Shown: in pieces, positions 9,629 through 19,732 of the stretch
Numbering within the stretch: position 1 is the stretch's first letter
Layout of the letters: each line of letters starts with the position of its first letter
NCBI GenBank assembly: GCA_050331735.1
Contig: JBHJGN010000095.1
Span: forward strand, 1 to 32,349
Direction: 5' to 3'
Source of the DNA: Cyanophyceae cyanobacterium
GTDB taxonomy: Bacteria; Cyanobacteriota; Cyanobacteriia; Cyanobacteriales; JBHJGN01
Length of the DNA stretch: 32,349 bases
Position numbers and translations under genes: made by a program
The notes under the pieces: generated by a model
Database searches by the model: none
What the model saw: the letters and a program-made list of their open reading frames with translations, nothing else
What the model was told of the DNA's origin: nothing

Positions 9629-9786
9629 TCTAGTCGTTAGTTTCCTCCTGCGTTCTCCAAACATTCCTTCAGGATTCGTTCGAGCTATCAGGTGCGGTGT
9701 TCCTAGCACACCTGCCCCGTCTGGACGCGGTAAACAGGCCCCAGTACCTTTGTCGGGGGGCCAGATACTCAAGCCGTCCATCCAGC

Positions 9787-10620
9787 TCAAAATTCCAGGG
9801 GAGACAAGGCATCTACCAAAGCAGCAGAGCGGAAACACCGACCAAAATGGTGCTGAGTATACTCTCGCAGAACGCGCTCGACTCTGACCCAGGCGGCATC
9901 CAGAGAAATATCGGGTGCCGAAACTTGGGAAGCCGTCGGCAGAAATTGCGCCCCCAGTTTTTGTAGCAAAGTTAACTCTACTGCTCCTATTTTAGTATTG
10001 ATCCGCTCAGAAAAAAGCTGGTGCTCTGTGGTTGGTGAATCTGCTGCGGAACCAGATGCTAAATCGACCAATCCTCCAGCATCAAAACTAAATCCGGCTC
10101 GCCAGTGAGGATCGTTCTCGTTAGCCGTTAGGGGAGCTCCCGTTAAGCAGCACGCCTGTACCTGCGGTCCCACTCCAGCAATGGCTAGCAGGTGAAAGAC
10201 TGCCTGGGCTAGATGAGCATAGACCGGAGCGTTTTTCGGCAGGGCTTCCAGGCGACGGAGATGTTCGGTGAGCAGCTCGTAGAGCTCTATTTGGGGCTGC
10301 TCGCTCAGAGCAAGACCAAGGGTAAGTTCGGCCAAATACTGGCTGGCGGATAGCTTGCCAAGATCTTTGCTCAACCCAGGATAGGATTCGATGGTCTCGA
10401 CCTGAATAATTTTATCGAGCGATCGCCCTTTCACAATCAGCAGTTGATTCACTACAAATAACTCGCAGCGGCCTCTCAGCTTAGACTTCTGCTTCCTGGC
10501 TCCTGGGGCTACCGCGCGAATCAAGCCGTATTCGGCAGTCAGCACCGTGACCAAGCGATCGGCCTCGCCTAGCGGCATTCCTCTCAGATTAATTCCGGTC
10601 GCTTTATAAGTTCGAGACAT
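9787..10620 (-). CDS. recO: DNA repair protein RecO
   Basis: [34 protein letters not shown] and a cysteine segment ACCLTG. Confidence 0.93.
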   Translation of the reverse strand: MSRTYKATGINLRGMPLGEADRLVTVLTAEYGLIRAVAPGARKQKSKLRGRCELFVVNQLLIVKGRSLDKIIQVETIESYPGLSKDLGKLSASQYLAELTLGLALSEQPQIELYELLTEHLRRLEALPKNAPVYAHLAQAVFHLLAIAGVGPQVQACCLTGAPLTANENDPHWRAGFSFDAGGLVDLASGSAADSPTTEHQLFSERINTKIGAVELTLLQKLGAQFLPTASQVSAPDISLDAAWVRVERVLREYTQHHFGRCFRSAALVDALSPLEF

Positions 10621-10668
10621 CTTCACTGACTAATGATCAATAACCCGGCACCAAATGAGTTAATTGGT

Positions 10669-11346
10669 TCACGGCTCACTGTGTTTGCTGTCCTGCTGTT
10701 GTACGAGTTCGGGACCGCGGGATGTTCCCAGCCGAGTGGCTCCGGCTTCAATCAGTTCTCTGGCTTGCTCGTAAGAGCGAATTCCGCCAGCGGCTTTGAT
10801 GCCAACTCGTCCTTGAGCAATTTCTTGAAGTAGACGGACATCGGCGACGGTGGCACCGCCAAACCAGCCAGTACTGGTTTTGAGAAAAGCCGCTCCAGCC
10901 TCCATACAGATCTCGGCCGCAATTTTCTTTTCTGACTCGGTTAAAACAGCCATTTCTAAAATGGCTTTCACCGGCTGCCCTTCTTCGCAAATCTGGGCAA
11001 TTTCTTCGTAGATTTCTTCCAAATTTCTCGCTTTCAGCCACCCTAAATTAATCACCACATCCAGCTCTGTAGCTCCGTTATCGATGGCTTCTTGGGCTTC
11101 ATACAGCTTGGTGGCAGTCGTGGTGGCTCCTGTTGGAAACCCAATTACGGTACAGATGCCAGTTCTCCGACCGTGAAGCAGTTCTGCTGCTTGTTTAACA
11201 GCAGCCGGGTAAATACAAACGGAGGCAAAATGATATTGCTCAGCTTGAGCGCAACACTGTTCTAGCTCCTGGAGAGTCGCGCTGGGATTGAGGAGAGCCT
11301 GGTCAATATAGCTGCTAATGTCAACATTTGAATAAGCGGTAACCAT
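10669..11346 (-). CDS. deoC: Deoxyribose-phosphate aldolase
   Basis: [41 protein letters not shown]. Confidence 0.96.
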   Translation of the reverse strand: MVTAYSNVDISSYIDQALLNPSATLQELEQCCAQAEQYHFASVCIYPAAVKQAAELLHGRRTGICTVIGFPTGATTTATKLYEAQEAIDNGATELDVVINLGWLKARNLEEIYEEIAQICEEGQPVKAILEMAVLTESEKKIAAEICMEAGAAFLKTSTGWFGGATVADVRLLQEIAQGRVGIKAAGGIRSYEQARELIEAGATRLGTSRGPELVQQQDSKHSEP

Positions 11347-11624
11347 ACTGGGATTGAAAATTGCAGTATCACCTTAATTGTGTCAGAATTTAGAAAAATT
11401 TTGCTGGCGAAGGCAGCAAGCAGACAGACTCTAGCTCAGATGGGGCACGGCTTTCTCTTCGGCGGGCGTTATGGAGTATCATAAATGGCGAGGGGGAGGA
11501 GAAGCGCGATCGCCCGCATCACAGCAGTCTCGCTGGACAAAGTCACAAATTCTCTTTAATTTCGCCGGAGAAATAGGGCACTCTCTAATATTGTTAGTCG
11601 AACCTACTAGTCGAAGCTTTAGCA

Positions 11625-12683
11625 ATGGCTCTTCAACTCTCTCTGAATGAGCGCTATCAACAGATTCTCAAAGCAACAGTACGACATTATATTGCAACAG
11701 TCGAACCAGTTGGCTCAAAAACGCTTGCTCAGGAGTACGACTTTAGCGTGAGTTCGGCGACTATTCGCAATGCCCTCGGTCGTTTAGAAAAAGCTGGCCT
11801 GCTCTATCAGCCCCATCCCTCAGCCGGCAGAATTCCTTCAGACCGAGGCTACCGAATCTATGTCGATCAGCTCATTACTCCTGACGAAACCATTGGTCCG
11901 CAGATTGAGAAGATCTTCGACCAGCAGCTTCAGCGCGATACGTGGAGCTTTGAAGCGATTCTGCAAAGAGCGGCGCAGATTCTCGCCACTCTCAGTGGCT
12001 ATATTGCGCTCATTACCTTGCCTCAGACGGCCAATCAGATTCGGCATCTCCAGTTAGTTCCCGTGTCTGCCGACCAGGTGATGCTGATTATTGTCACTGA
12101 TGCTTATCAAACTCATTCACTCCTGATTAATTTTCCGTCATCAGACGATGATGAGCAGGTCGTTGAGGGAGAACTACAAATCCTCTCAAACTTCCTCAAC
12201 AGCAAGCTGCGAGGACGGACTCTGGCCGAGCTAGTCACTCTAGATTGGGTAGAGCTAGACCGAGAATTTGAACGCTACGCTGATTTTCTCAAGACTCTGC
12301 TCACAGAACTCAGCCTTCGCCTTCAGCCAGCTTCCTCCACCCCAATTCTCATTCAGGGCATTTCTACGGCTCTGCACCAGCCAGAATTTTCCCAGCTCGA
12401 ACAGGTCCAGATGTTGCTGCATCTGTTAGAAGTTGAGCAAGAGCAGCTCTTGCCCCTCATTTTTGACCTCCCGGAATCAAGTGCTAGTAGAGTCAAAATC
12501 ACCATCGGTGCAGAAAACCCTTTAGAATCGATGCGCCCCTGTACGCTTGTTAGCTGTACCTATCGCCAGGGAGAAGTTCCGGTAGGGAGCGTTGGCATCA
12601 TCGGTCCGACGAGGATGCTGTATGAGAGTGCGATTCCACTTGTGGAAACGACAGCGGATTATTTGTCTGAAGCGTTTAGCTGA
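11625..12683 (+). CDS. hrcA: Heat-inducible transcription repressor HrcA
   Basis: YIATVEPVGSK, SSATIRN, QPHPSAGRIPS..GYR.YVD, GIIGPTRM. Confidence 0.97.
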   Translation: MALQLSLNERYQQILKATVRHYIATVEPVGSKTLAQEYDFSVSSATIRNALGRLEKAGLLYQPHPSAGRIPSDRGYRIYVDQLITPDETIGPQIEKIFDQQLQRDTWSFEAILQRAAQILATLSGYIALITLPQTANQIRHLQLVPVSADQVMLIIVTDAYQTHSLLINFPSSDDDEQVVEGELQILSNFLNSKLRGRTLAELVTLDWVELDREFERYADFLKTLLTELSLRLQPASSTPILIQGISTALHQPEFSQLEQVQMLLHLLEVEQEQLLPLIFDLPESSASRVKITIGAENPLESMRPCTLVSCTYRQGEVPVGSVGIIGPTRMLYESAIPLVETTADYLSEAFS

Positions 12684-12705
12684 CAGTTTAGAAGTCAAGG
12701 CTTTT

Positions 12706-12738
12706 GGGGGAAAGGGGAAGGGGAAAAGGGCAATTTTT
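12706..12738 (+). repeat. G-rich heptamer-like tandem repeat downstream of hrcA, with no inserted hairpin
   Basis: gggggaaaggggaaggggaaaagggcaattttt. Confidence 0.7.
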
Positions 12739-12979
12739 CAAATATTAAATAGATTTTTCTAGGCTGACTCAGGAATGTCAACCTCAACAAAACTCGCTCA
12801 AAGGGGTGACTGGCTACTAGCGACTAACAGTCAACTACGCAATCAGCACCGATTGAGCAATGCCCCTTCTCTGTAGACAAAGCGAGTTTAAGATTAGTTA
12901 AGTTGAACAAAACATACAAAATCTGACTTGTCTCCTGGGGCGAGGGCGGTAAACTACCTGTATTGCCCATTACGCTGAA

Positions 12980-15406
12980 TTGGTTGCTAAAGTGGTTTCC
13001 TATCAGTATCAGGTTGGAGGTCGTCTGCCGGTCGAGGCTCCTAGCTATGTGGCTCGGCAAGCGGATGAAGAACTGTATCAGGCGTTGGCAGCCGGGGAGT
13101 TGTGCTACGTACTTAACTGCCGTCAGATGGGAAAGTCTAGTCTGCAAGTGCGAGCCGCGCAGCGACTCCGGGAGAATAACATCGCCTGCGCGTTGGTGGA
13201 TCTTTCTGGAATCGGCAGCCGCCATACGACCCCCGCTCAGTGGTATGCAGATATTATGATGCGGCTCGTGCGGAGCTTTCAACTCAGTAATCGCCTCAAT
13301 CTGCTCCGCTGGTTATCTCAGCGCCAAGTCCTGTCGCCCGTGGGTCGTTTGAGAGAGTTTATCGAGGCAGTTCTACTCCAGCAGATTCCACAGCCGATGG
13401 TGATTTTTTTCGATGAAATCGATGCGACCCTCAGCCTAGATTTCGATACCGATGATTTTTTTGCCCTGCTGCGGTCCTGCTACTCTCCCTACCGCCTGAC
13501 TTTTGCTTTACTCGGGGTGGCCACTCCAGCCGCTCTCGTTACGGATAAAACGCGGACTCCGTTCAATATCGGGCGAGGAATCGCGCTGAGCGGCTTTCAG
13601 CTCCCCGAAGCTCAGCCGCTCGCTCGCGGTTTAGTCGGCAAAGTAGACAACCCGCAAGCGGTGTTAAAAGAGATCCTTTCCTGGACAGGAGGACAGCCGT
13701 TTCTAACGCAAAAGCTGTGTCAGCTTGTGGTTCAAAGTGGCGTGGAGAAGATGACCGACGACCGGATGGGAATGGCTGAGGACTCATCGCCCTTTATCAA
13801 AAAGCTCGTGCGCGAAGCCCTCATTCACCATAGCGCGATCGCCGTTCAGATAGAAACGCTGGTAGAATCTGAGCTGATTGAAAACTGGGTTGCTAAAGAC
13901 GATCCGCCGCACTTGAGAAGCATCAGCGATCGCCTTCTCAGCAACGAACAGCGTGCTGGACATCTGTTAGGAATGTATCAGCAAGTTCTGCACCAGGAAA
14001 TTCCTGTCGATAATTCCCCTGAGCAAATTGAACTCCTGCTCTCGGGTTTGGTCATCAAGCAGCAGGGACGCTTGAGAGTCTCCAACCGCATTTATCAACG
14101 AGTATTCAACCACGACTGGATTGAAAAACAGCTCGCTAAGCTTCGTCCCTACGCTCAGCCGCTTAATGCCTGGGCGACTTCTGGCTACCAAGATGAATCG
14201 CCGCTCCTGCAGGGTCAGGCTCTAGCGGATGCGCAAGCGTGGGCAGCCGGAAAAAGCTTAAGTGTTTTGGACTATCGCTTCTTAGCGGCCAGTGAGGAGC
14301 GAGCCAAGCGAGCGATGCAAAGCGCTTTAGCAGCGGCGGAGCAGGCTAATCAGGTAGGCAACCAGATAAGTCAAGCAGCACTGCAAAAGCAAATCAACTC
14401 CCTCCGTCAGGAACTTACGCTCCTCAAGCAGGAAAAAAACGATTTGGAAATTCTCCTAGAGACGATGACGGAACACTCTGACCTTGTTGAGGAAGAACTG
14501 CATAGCAAGGTGATCACGGCCCGAGAGCAGAGTAAAGAGTGGTTCCAAACGATCGCCGAAGCGACACCGGTGGCGATTCTGCTGTCGAGGGTGGCGGATG
14601 GCAAAATTCTCTACGCCAATGCGACAGCCGGAGTTTTGTTAAGACGTTCCGCTTCAAGACTAATAGGCCGCTGTACGCTAGATTTTTATAGGAACCCTGG
14701 CGATCGCCAGCAGTTAGTCAGTACCGTCACTCGGCATCGATACGTCCACAACTACGAGCTTCAGGTCAAGCGAGCGGACGGGACTTTGATTTGGGTAACG
14801 GCGTCCCTGCGACAGCTAATATTTAACGATGAACCGACTCTGCTAACTGCACTCATCGATGTAACAGACCGCAAACAGGCTCTGGATGCCCTGGGGCGAG
14901 CGGAGGCCAAATACCGCAGTATTTTTGAAAACGCCCTTGAAGGCATTTTTCAAATTACCCCAGAGGGGCAGTATATCAGCGTTAATCCGGCTATGGCAGA
15001 ACTGCTGGGCTACGACTCCCCAGAGCAGATGATTTCGCTGATTAGCGATCATCGTCAAATCGCCGTCAATCCTGCTTGTCGGCATCAGATCCGCCGCCTC
15101 ATCGAGAAACACGGTGAGGTCAAAGGCTTTCAGTATGAAGCCTGTCGGCGGGACGGCAGCCTCCTCTGGATCTCTGAAAGTACGCGGGCCGTTTATGACG
15201 AGGCAACGAGGAAGCTGCTGTACTTTGAGGGCATTGCCGAAGACATCAGCGATCACAAGCGAGAAGAAGCTGCGCTCCGGCGACAGGTGCAGCAAATGCA
15301 GGTCGAAATCGACCAGCGCCAGCGAGATTGCCAAGTCGCTGAAATTACTCAAAGCGACTACTTTCAGGAGCTGCTCCTAGAAGTTGAGCGCCTTCGCTTA
15401 GACTAA
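12980..15406 (+). CDS. AAA_35-type (STAND-like) P-loop NTPase + coiled coil + two PAS domains + helical tail
   Basis: YQVGG.L...APSYVARQAD, Walker A RQMGKSSL, Walker B IFFDEID, TPFNIG, WTGGQPFLTQ. PAS1: IAEATPVAI...YAN...DGTLIWV. PAS2: KYRSIFENALEGIFQ...DGSLLWISE...FEGIAEDISD. Confidence 0.9.
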   Translation: MVAKVVSYQYQVGGRLPVEAPSYVARQADEELYQALAAGELCYVLNCRQMGKSSLQVRAAQRLRENNIACALVDLSGIGSRHTTPAQWYADIMMRLVRSFQLSNRLNLLRWLSQRQVLSPVGRLREFIEAVLLQQIPQPMVIFFDEIDATLSLDFDTDDFFALLRSCYSPYRLTFALLGVATPAALVTDKTRTPFNIGRGIALSGFQLPEAQPLARGLVGKVDNPQAVLKEILSWTGGQPFLTQKLCQLVVQSGVEKMTDDRMGMAEDSSPFIKKLVREALIHHSAIAVQIETLVESELIENWVAKDDPPHLRSISDRLLSNEQRAGHLLGMYQQVLHQEIPVDNSPEQIELLLSGLVIKQQGRLRVSNRIYQRVFNHDWIEKQLAKLRPYAQPLNAWATSGYQDESPLLQGQALADAQAWAAGKSLSVLDYRFLAASEERAKRAMQSALAAAEQANQVGNQISQAALQKQINSLRQELTLLKQEKNDLEILLETMTEHSDLVEEELHSKVITAREQSKEWFQTIAEATPVAILLSRVADGKILYANATAGVLLRRSASRLIGRCTLDFYRNPGDRQQLVSTVTRHRYVHNYELQVKRADGTLIWVTASLRQLIFNDEPTLLTALIDVTDRKQALDALGRAEAKYRSIFENALEGIFQITPEGQYISVNPAMAELLGYDSPEQMISLISDHRQIAVNPACRHQIRRLIEKHGEVKGFQYEACRRDGSLLWISESTRAVYDEATRKLLYFEGIAEDISDHKREEAALRRQVQQMQVEIDQRQRDCQVAEITQSDYFQELLLEVERLRLD

Positions 15407-15460
15407 TGCTGCCAGGATCAGGAGCGTAACCATCAAAATTCAACAGTCGGAATTGGTACA

Positions 15461-16207
15461 ATGCCTAAAATTATTGCGATTCATTCTTATCGCGGGGGAA
15501 CCGGAAAATCGAACTTTACCGCTAATCTGGCGGCGGCGATCGCCCAGCAGGGGCAGCGAGTGGCTGTCGTCGATACCGATCTCCAATCTCCCGGCATTCA
15601 TGCTCTGTTTAACCTCGATGAATCTAGCCTGGGCAAAACCCTCAATGACTATCTTTGGGGACGCAGCCCCATCCTGGAGACAGCTTATGATGTCAGTCCT
15701 CTGCTCAAACAGGATGCTGCTTTGTTCCTCATTCCTGCCAGCATGAATGCGGATGAAATTGCCCGGATTCTGAGCGAAGGCTACAACGTTAGTCAGCTCA
15801 ACGACGGCTTTCGTCAATTAATCAAAGAGCTAGAGCTAGACTATCTGCTCATTGATACCCATCCAGGACTCAGCCGAGAAACGCTACTCTCCCTTGCAAT
15901 TTCTCACACCGTTCTGCTGATTCTGCGACCCGATCGCCAGGACTACCAGGGAACTGCTGTAACCGTTGATGTCGCTCGCCAGCTTAAGGTCCGTCAGATG
16001 ATGTTGGTGATCAACAAAGCCCTCAGCAAAATGGACCACGCCACCCTCCAGCAGAATGTCGAAAAAACCTACAGCCTCCCAGTGGCAGGCATCTTTCCCC
16101 TCTCAGAAGATATGGTGCAGCTTGGCAGTAGCGGACTCTTCTGCCTTCAGTACCCCAACCTTCCCTTTAGCAAAACCCTCGCTCGCGTCGCCCAACAGAT
16201 TCTGTAG
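15461..16207 (+). CDS. MinD/ParA-family ATPase (atypical subfamily)
   Basis: Deviant Walker A HSYRGGTGKSN, VVDTD, Walker B LLIDTHPG, INK. It does not resemble division MinD and no minCE is nearby. Confidence 0.9.
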   Translation: MPKIIAIHSYRGGTGKSNFTANLAAAIAQQGQRVAVVDTDLQSPGIHALFNLDESSLGKTLNDYLWGRSPILETAYDVSPLLKQDAALFLIPASMNADEIARILSEGYNVSQLNDGFRQLIKELELDYLLIDTHPGLSRETLLSLAISHTVLLILRPDRQDYQGTAVTVDVARQLKVRQMMLVINKALSKMDHATLQQNVEKTYSLPVAGIFPLSEDMVQLGSSGLFCLQYPNLPFSKTLARVAQQIL

Positions 16208-16229
16208 ACATTTTTGGCATCAGGAGAGT

Positions 16230-16297
16230 GGGGAAAGGGGGAAATCGTTCCTCCGGAACGGGGAAAGGGAAAAGGGGAAAGGGGAAAGGGAAATTTT
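16230..16297 (+). repeat. G-rich heptamer-like tandem repeat with an embedded hairpin CGTTCC-TCC-GGAACG
   Basis: ggggaaagggggaaat-cgttcctccggaacg-gggaaagggaaaaggggaaaggggaaagggaaatttt. Confidence 0.78.
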
Positions 16298-16471
16298 GCG
16301 GCTGTACTCTCTACTCTAGTCCCACAGAGGTCTATCCTCTCACCCCACTAGTAACTGCAAACGGCATTTGTCTTGAAAAAATAGCAGGAGGCAAACAGCA
16401 ACAATTAAACAGTGGCCCGACTCCTGACCCCGCTCTCCCTCAATCCCTGTTCCAACTAGCCCCTAAAAGCA

Positions 16472-17497
16472 ATGGCAGACAATCACTTTCAATCTCTGGC
16501 AAACTCAATTCAAGCCGTTACTTCCCCGTTCCGCAACTACCTCATTGAGCTGCATCAAAAGTATCAGTCCCTCGATGGGGGGAAAGTAGCCGACTACATT
16601 CCTGAACTAGCGAAGGCTGACCCAGCGTGGTTTGGTATCTGTATTGTGACTCCAAAAGGACAGGTCTACGAGGTGGGAGACTGCCAGCAGCTTTTTACCA
16701 TTCAGTCGATTTCCAAAGCCTTTGTTTACGGCATGGCGCTCGAAGATTGGGGACGAGATTACGTTCTGTCTAAAGTGGGAGTCGAACCGACTGGAGAAGC
16801 CTTTAACGCCATCGTCCTCGACGAACAAACTAACCGTCCCTTCAACCCGATGGTCAACGCCGGAGCGATCGCCACCACTGCTCTGGTTAAAGGAGCAGGG
16901 GCGACCGAGCGACTCCAGCGGCTGCAAGATTTGTTCCGGCGCTATACCGGACGAGATGTGTACCTTGATATGCCCGTGGCTCTTTCTGAGAAAGCCACGG
17001 GCAGCCGCAACCGAGCGATCGCCCACCTGATGCACAACTTCGGCATGATTAGCGACCGGATCGACGAAACCCTCGACCTCTATTTTCAGCAGTGTTCACT
17101 GTTGGTTAACTGCCGCGATTTGGCCGTGATGGGGGCGACCCTGGCCAATGGGGGAGTGAATCCGCTCACGGGCGAGCGGGCGATCGCGAGCGGCTACGTG
17201 CAGGATGTGCTGAGCGTGATGCATACCTGCGGGATGTACGACTATGCCGGGGAATGGGCTTACCGAGTCGGAATTCCTGCTAAAAGCGGCGTCGGCGGAG
17301 GAATTGTCGCCGCTGTCCCTGGGAAATTGGGCATCGGCGTGTTTTCGCCTCCCCTCGACGACAAAGGCAACACGGTGCGGGGCATCAAGGTATGTGAAAA
17401 CCTCTCCCAAACCTTTGGTCTCCACCTTTACAATGCGGCTCGCCCCCAGCGAGATTTAACGGCTTGGATGGAGGAACGGGATGTCGTCGAAAGCTAA
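16472..17497 (+). CDS. glsA: Glutaminase A
   Basis: [12 protein letters not shown], catalytic QSISK (SxxK), [26 protein letters not shown]. Confidence 0.96.
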   Translation: MADNHFQSLANSIQAVTSPFRNYLIELHQKYQSLDGGKVADYIPELAKADPAWFGICIVTPKGQVYEVGDCQQLFTIQSISKAFVYGMALEDWGRDYVLSKVGVEPTGEAFNAIVLDEQTNRPFNPMVNAGAIATTALVKGAGATERLQRLQDLFRRYTGRDVYLDMPVALSEKATGSRNRAIAHLMHNFGMISDRIDETLDLYFQQCSLLVNCRDLAVMGATLANGGVNPLTGERAIASGYVQDVLSVMHTCGMYDYAGEWAYRVGIPAKSGVGGGIVAAVPGKLGIGVFSPPLDDKGNTVRGIKVCENLSQTFGLHLYNAARPQRDLTAWMEERDVVES

Positions 17498-19112
17498 GCT
17501 GAGGACGCTGAGCGCGAATCGGCAACTGCTTCAGCTCCTGACGGCTCGACTATCGAGGCGGATCGTGCTGTGGATCTTTGCCAGCATTATCTTAATTGAG
17601 GCTCTCATCCTCATTCCCTCTGTCCAGCGACGCCAGCGAGAGTTGCTCAATCAAGTGAAGGAAATTTCCTCGGCTAAGGTCGCCTGGATCGCCGCGACCT
17701 ACCCCAACGCCACGCCTGAAGAGTTGCTCGTCTACGCTGAGCAAATGCAGCAGCAGCCAATGATGGAGGTGATTTTGGGCGGCGCTATCTATGATACCAA
17801 CGGCCAACGAGTGGGCACCTTTGGTGCGGCCCCAGAGCTCGTCTATACGGACGTGCTTCGTCAGAGAAACCTCGACTTTCAGGCGATCGCCTACTCCGAC
17901 CCCGAAAACGAGCAGTATGATGTGGCCTGGACCATTCCCTCGGGCAACGACACCTATCTGCTCATGCTGCGGCACGACGTTTCTTCCGTCACCTCAGAGC
18001 TCTATGCCTTCGTGCTGCGGATTGCTGGCCTTGTCGTGATCATCTCTGTTTTTGTTACCGTTGCTACGGTAATTATTTTAGGACCGATGGTCATTTCTCC
18101 CATTTTGCAGCTTCGGCAGGATTTGCTGAGCGCTGGAGTTGCCGTCGTTAACGACCGGCCTCCGCCTCCTCTCTACTCTGCCTCTGTCCAGCGTCGGGAT
18201 GAACTGGGAGAGGTCATCGCGGCGTTTAAGCAGATGTTCCAACAAATTAATCAAGCTATTCGTCAACGCAAGCAGGCCGAACAGCAGCAGGCCCAAACGG
18301 TTGAGCAACTAGCCCAGGCAAACGCTGAAATTAAGCAGCTCAATCAGCGGCTGAGAAGCGAAAATCTGCGCCTCAACGCTGAGCTAGAGGTAACGCGCAA
18401 GCTACAGCAAATGCTGTTGCCAAAGGAGCAAGAGCTCGCTCAGATCGACGGCTTAGAAATTGCTGGCTTTATGGAACCGGCGGCGGAAGTCGGCGGTGAC
18501 TACTACGATGTTATTTCTCAGGATAACGGTGTCAAAATCAGCATCGGCGATGTCACCGGACATGGGTTAGAAAGCGGGGTGCTGATGATTATGGCTCAAA
18601 CCGCGACCCGGACTCTGCTAGCCAACGACGAAACCGACCCGGTGAAGTTTTTGAATGCCCTCAACCAGACGATTTACGATAACGTGCAGCGCATGAACTG
18701 CCACAAATCCCTGACCCTGTCTCTGCTGGACTACCGGGAAGGCCAAGTATATCTCAGCGGTCAACACGAAGAAGTGATTGTTGTCAGAGCCGATGGCTCT
18801 CTGGAGCGGATTGATACGATTGACCTGGGCTTTCCGCTTGGTTTAGAAGCCGATATTGCCAGCTTTGTTGCTCAAACCCACGTTAAGCTGGCAGCCGGAG
18901 ACGGCCTGGTTCTCTATACCGACGGCATTACAGAAGCCGAAGACAAGCAGGGAGAACAGTACGGTTTGGAGCGTCTGTGCGCCGTGGTGCGCCGCCACTG
19001 GAGCGGTTCAGCGCAAGCTGTGCAGCGAGCGGTGATTGAGGATGTCCAGCAGCATATCGGTCAGCAAACGGTTTACGACGACATTACTTTGTTGATTATT
19101 AAGCAAAAGTAA
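17481..19112 (+). CDS. Membrane-bound SpoIIE/RsbU-family PP2C phosphatase with periplasmic and HAMP domains
   Basis: Two TM segments, [15 protein letters not shown], a coiled coil, then [23 protein letters not shown] and DDITL. Confidence 0.93.
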   Translation: MSSKAKLRTLSANRQLLQLLTARLSRRIVLWIFASIILIEALILIPSVQRRQRELLNQVKEISSAKVAWIAATYPNATPEELLVYAEQMQQQPMMEVILGGAIYDTNGQRVGTFGAAPELVYTDVLRQRNLDFQAIAYSDPENEQYDVAWTIPSGNDTYLLMLRHDVSSVTSELYAFVLRIAGLVVIISVFVTVATVIILGPMVISPILQLRQDLLSAGVAVVNDRPPPPLYSASVQRRDELGEVIAAFKQMFQQINQAIRQRKQAEQQQAQTVEQLAQANAEIKQLNQRLRSENLRLNAELEVTRKLQQMLLPKEQELAQIDGLEIAGFMEPAAEVGGDYYDVISQDNGVKISIGDVTGHGLESGVLMIMAQTATRTLLANDETDPVKFLNALNQTIYDNVQRMNCHKSLTLSLLDYREGQVYLSGQHEEVIVVRADGSLERIDTIDLGFPLGLEADIASFVAQTHVKLAAGDGLVLYTDGITEAEDKQGEQYGLERLCAVVRRHWSGSAQAVQRAVIEDVQQHIGQQTVYDDITLLIIKQK

Positions 19113-19130
19113 GTAGCGCTAAGAATAGTC

Positions 19131-19697
19131 ATGGTAGAAATCTTTGGAGATTTTGACGATTCCCTCCCTCCCAGTCAAGAGTACCTGCATATTCAGTTTT
19201 CGCCGAGTTCTGCTCCTCTTAAGCAACGCTGGCGCAATAATGGTCTCTCGGCTGATTTTATGGGAGATTACTCCACCACGTTTCTCCCCCGCGACAACGA
19301 TGCGTTTGATAGCAAACGAGAGGTGAAGAGTACCATTAGCTTTATTGCGAATGAGCTGCTTGAAAACGCCATGAAGTTTAGCACCGAAGCTTCTCAATAC
19401 CCTGTGAGTCTTACGCTTCACTTGCTCAACGATAAGCTTGTCTTTCTCGCGAAAAACGACATTTCCCCAGCCAATCAGGATAGGCTACAGGCCTTTATTG
19501 CTACCTTGCTCAGCTCAAACCCCGAGGAACTGTATACCGAACAGGTTGAAAAAAGTGTGCTGTCAGCAGAACAGTCTGGACTCGGCATCCTCACTATGAT
19601 TAATGATTATCAGGCCAAGGTAGGCTGGAAATTTGAAACTCTCCAGAAAAACCCTGCTCTTGTGGCTGTTATCACCATGGTACAGCTTGCACTCTAG
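19131..19697 (+). CDS. Anti-sigma-type HATPase Ser/Thr kinase (Slr1658-like/SiaB-like)
   Basis: N-box IANELLENAMKF, G-box SGLGILTM, and RWRNNGLSADF..DY recognised from the Slr1658-like family. Confidence 0.8.
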   Translation: MVEIFGDFDDSLPPSQEYLHIQFSPSSAPLKQRWRNNGLSADFMGDYSTTFLPRDNDAFDSKREVKSTISFIANELLENAMKFSTEASQYPVSLTLHLLNDKLVFLAKNDISPANQDRLQAFIATLLSSNPEELYTEQVEKSVLSAEQSGLGILTMINDYQAKVGWKFETLQKNPALVAVITMVQLAL

Positions 19698-19732
19698 ACG
19701 AGACTGTTCGGAAGACGAATCACGCGACGATC

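Noticed and set aside
9629..9838. N-terminal extensions of the MFS ORF, and similarly of the 20132-20638 ORF
   Set aside because: They overlap upstream genes, and better RBS-supported or non-overlapping starts lie downstream
11575..11605. CIRCE-like GGCACTC upstream of hrcA
   Set aside because: Half-site only, with no GAGTGCTAA arm 9 nt downstream; the same applies to the lone GAGTGCTAG near 20079
12824..13282. 152-aa antisense ORF and the many other antisense or nested ORFs (e.g. 14843-15352, 16607-17035, 2121-2519)
   Set aside because: Shadow frames over well-supported genes, with no recognisable motifs
12980..15406. Anti-phage STAND/Avs defence gene
   Set aside because: No nuclease, TIR or SIR2 effector and no TPR/WD40 sensor; the PAS domains and neighbours point to signalling
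15461..16207. Cell-division minD or chromosome-partition parA
   Set aside because: No minC, minE or parB nearby, a divergent signature residue and a signalling context
16244..16262. ATCGTTC...GGAACG upstream of glutaminase resembles the P1 stem of the glutamine (glnA) riboswitch
   Set aside because: The arms are separated by only 3-4 nt; the P2/P3 stems and the GGAAGTA/CGAA E-loop are absent
16228..16548. 106-aa ORF MGKGGNRSSGTGKGKRGKGKGK
   Set aside because: Translation of the G-rich repeat; overlaps glsA
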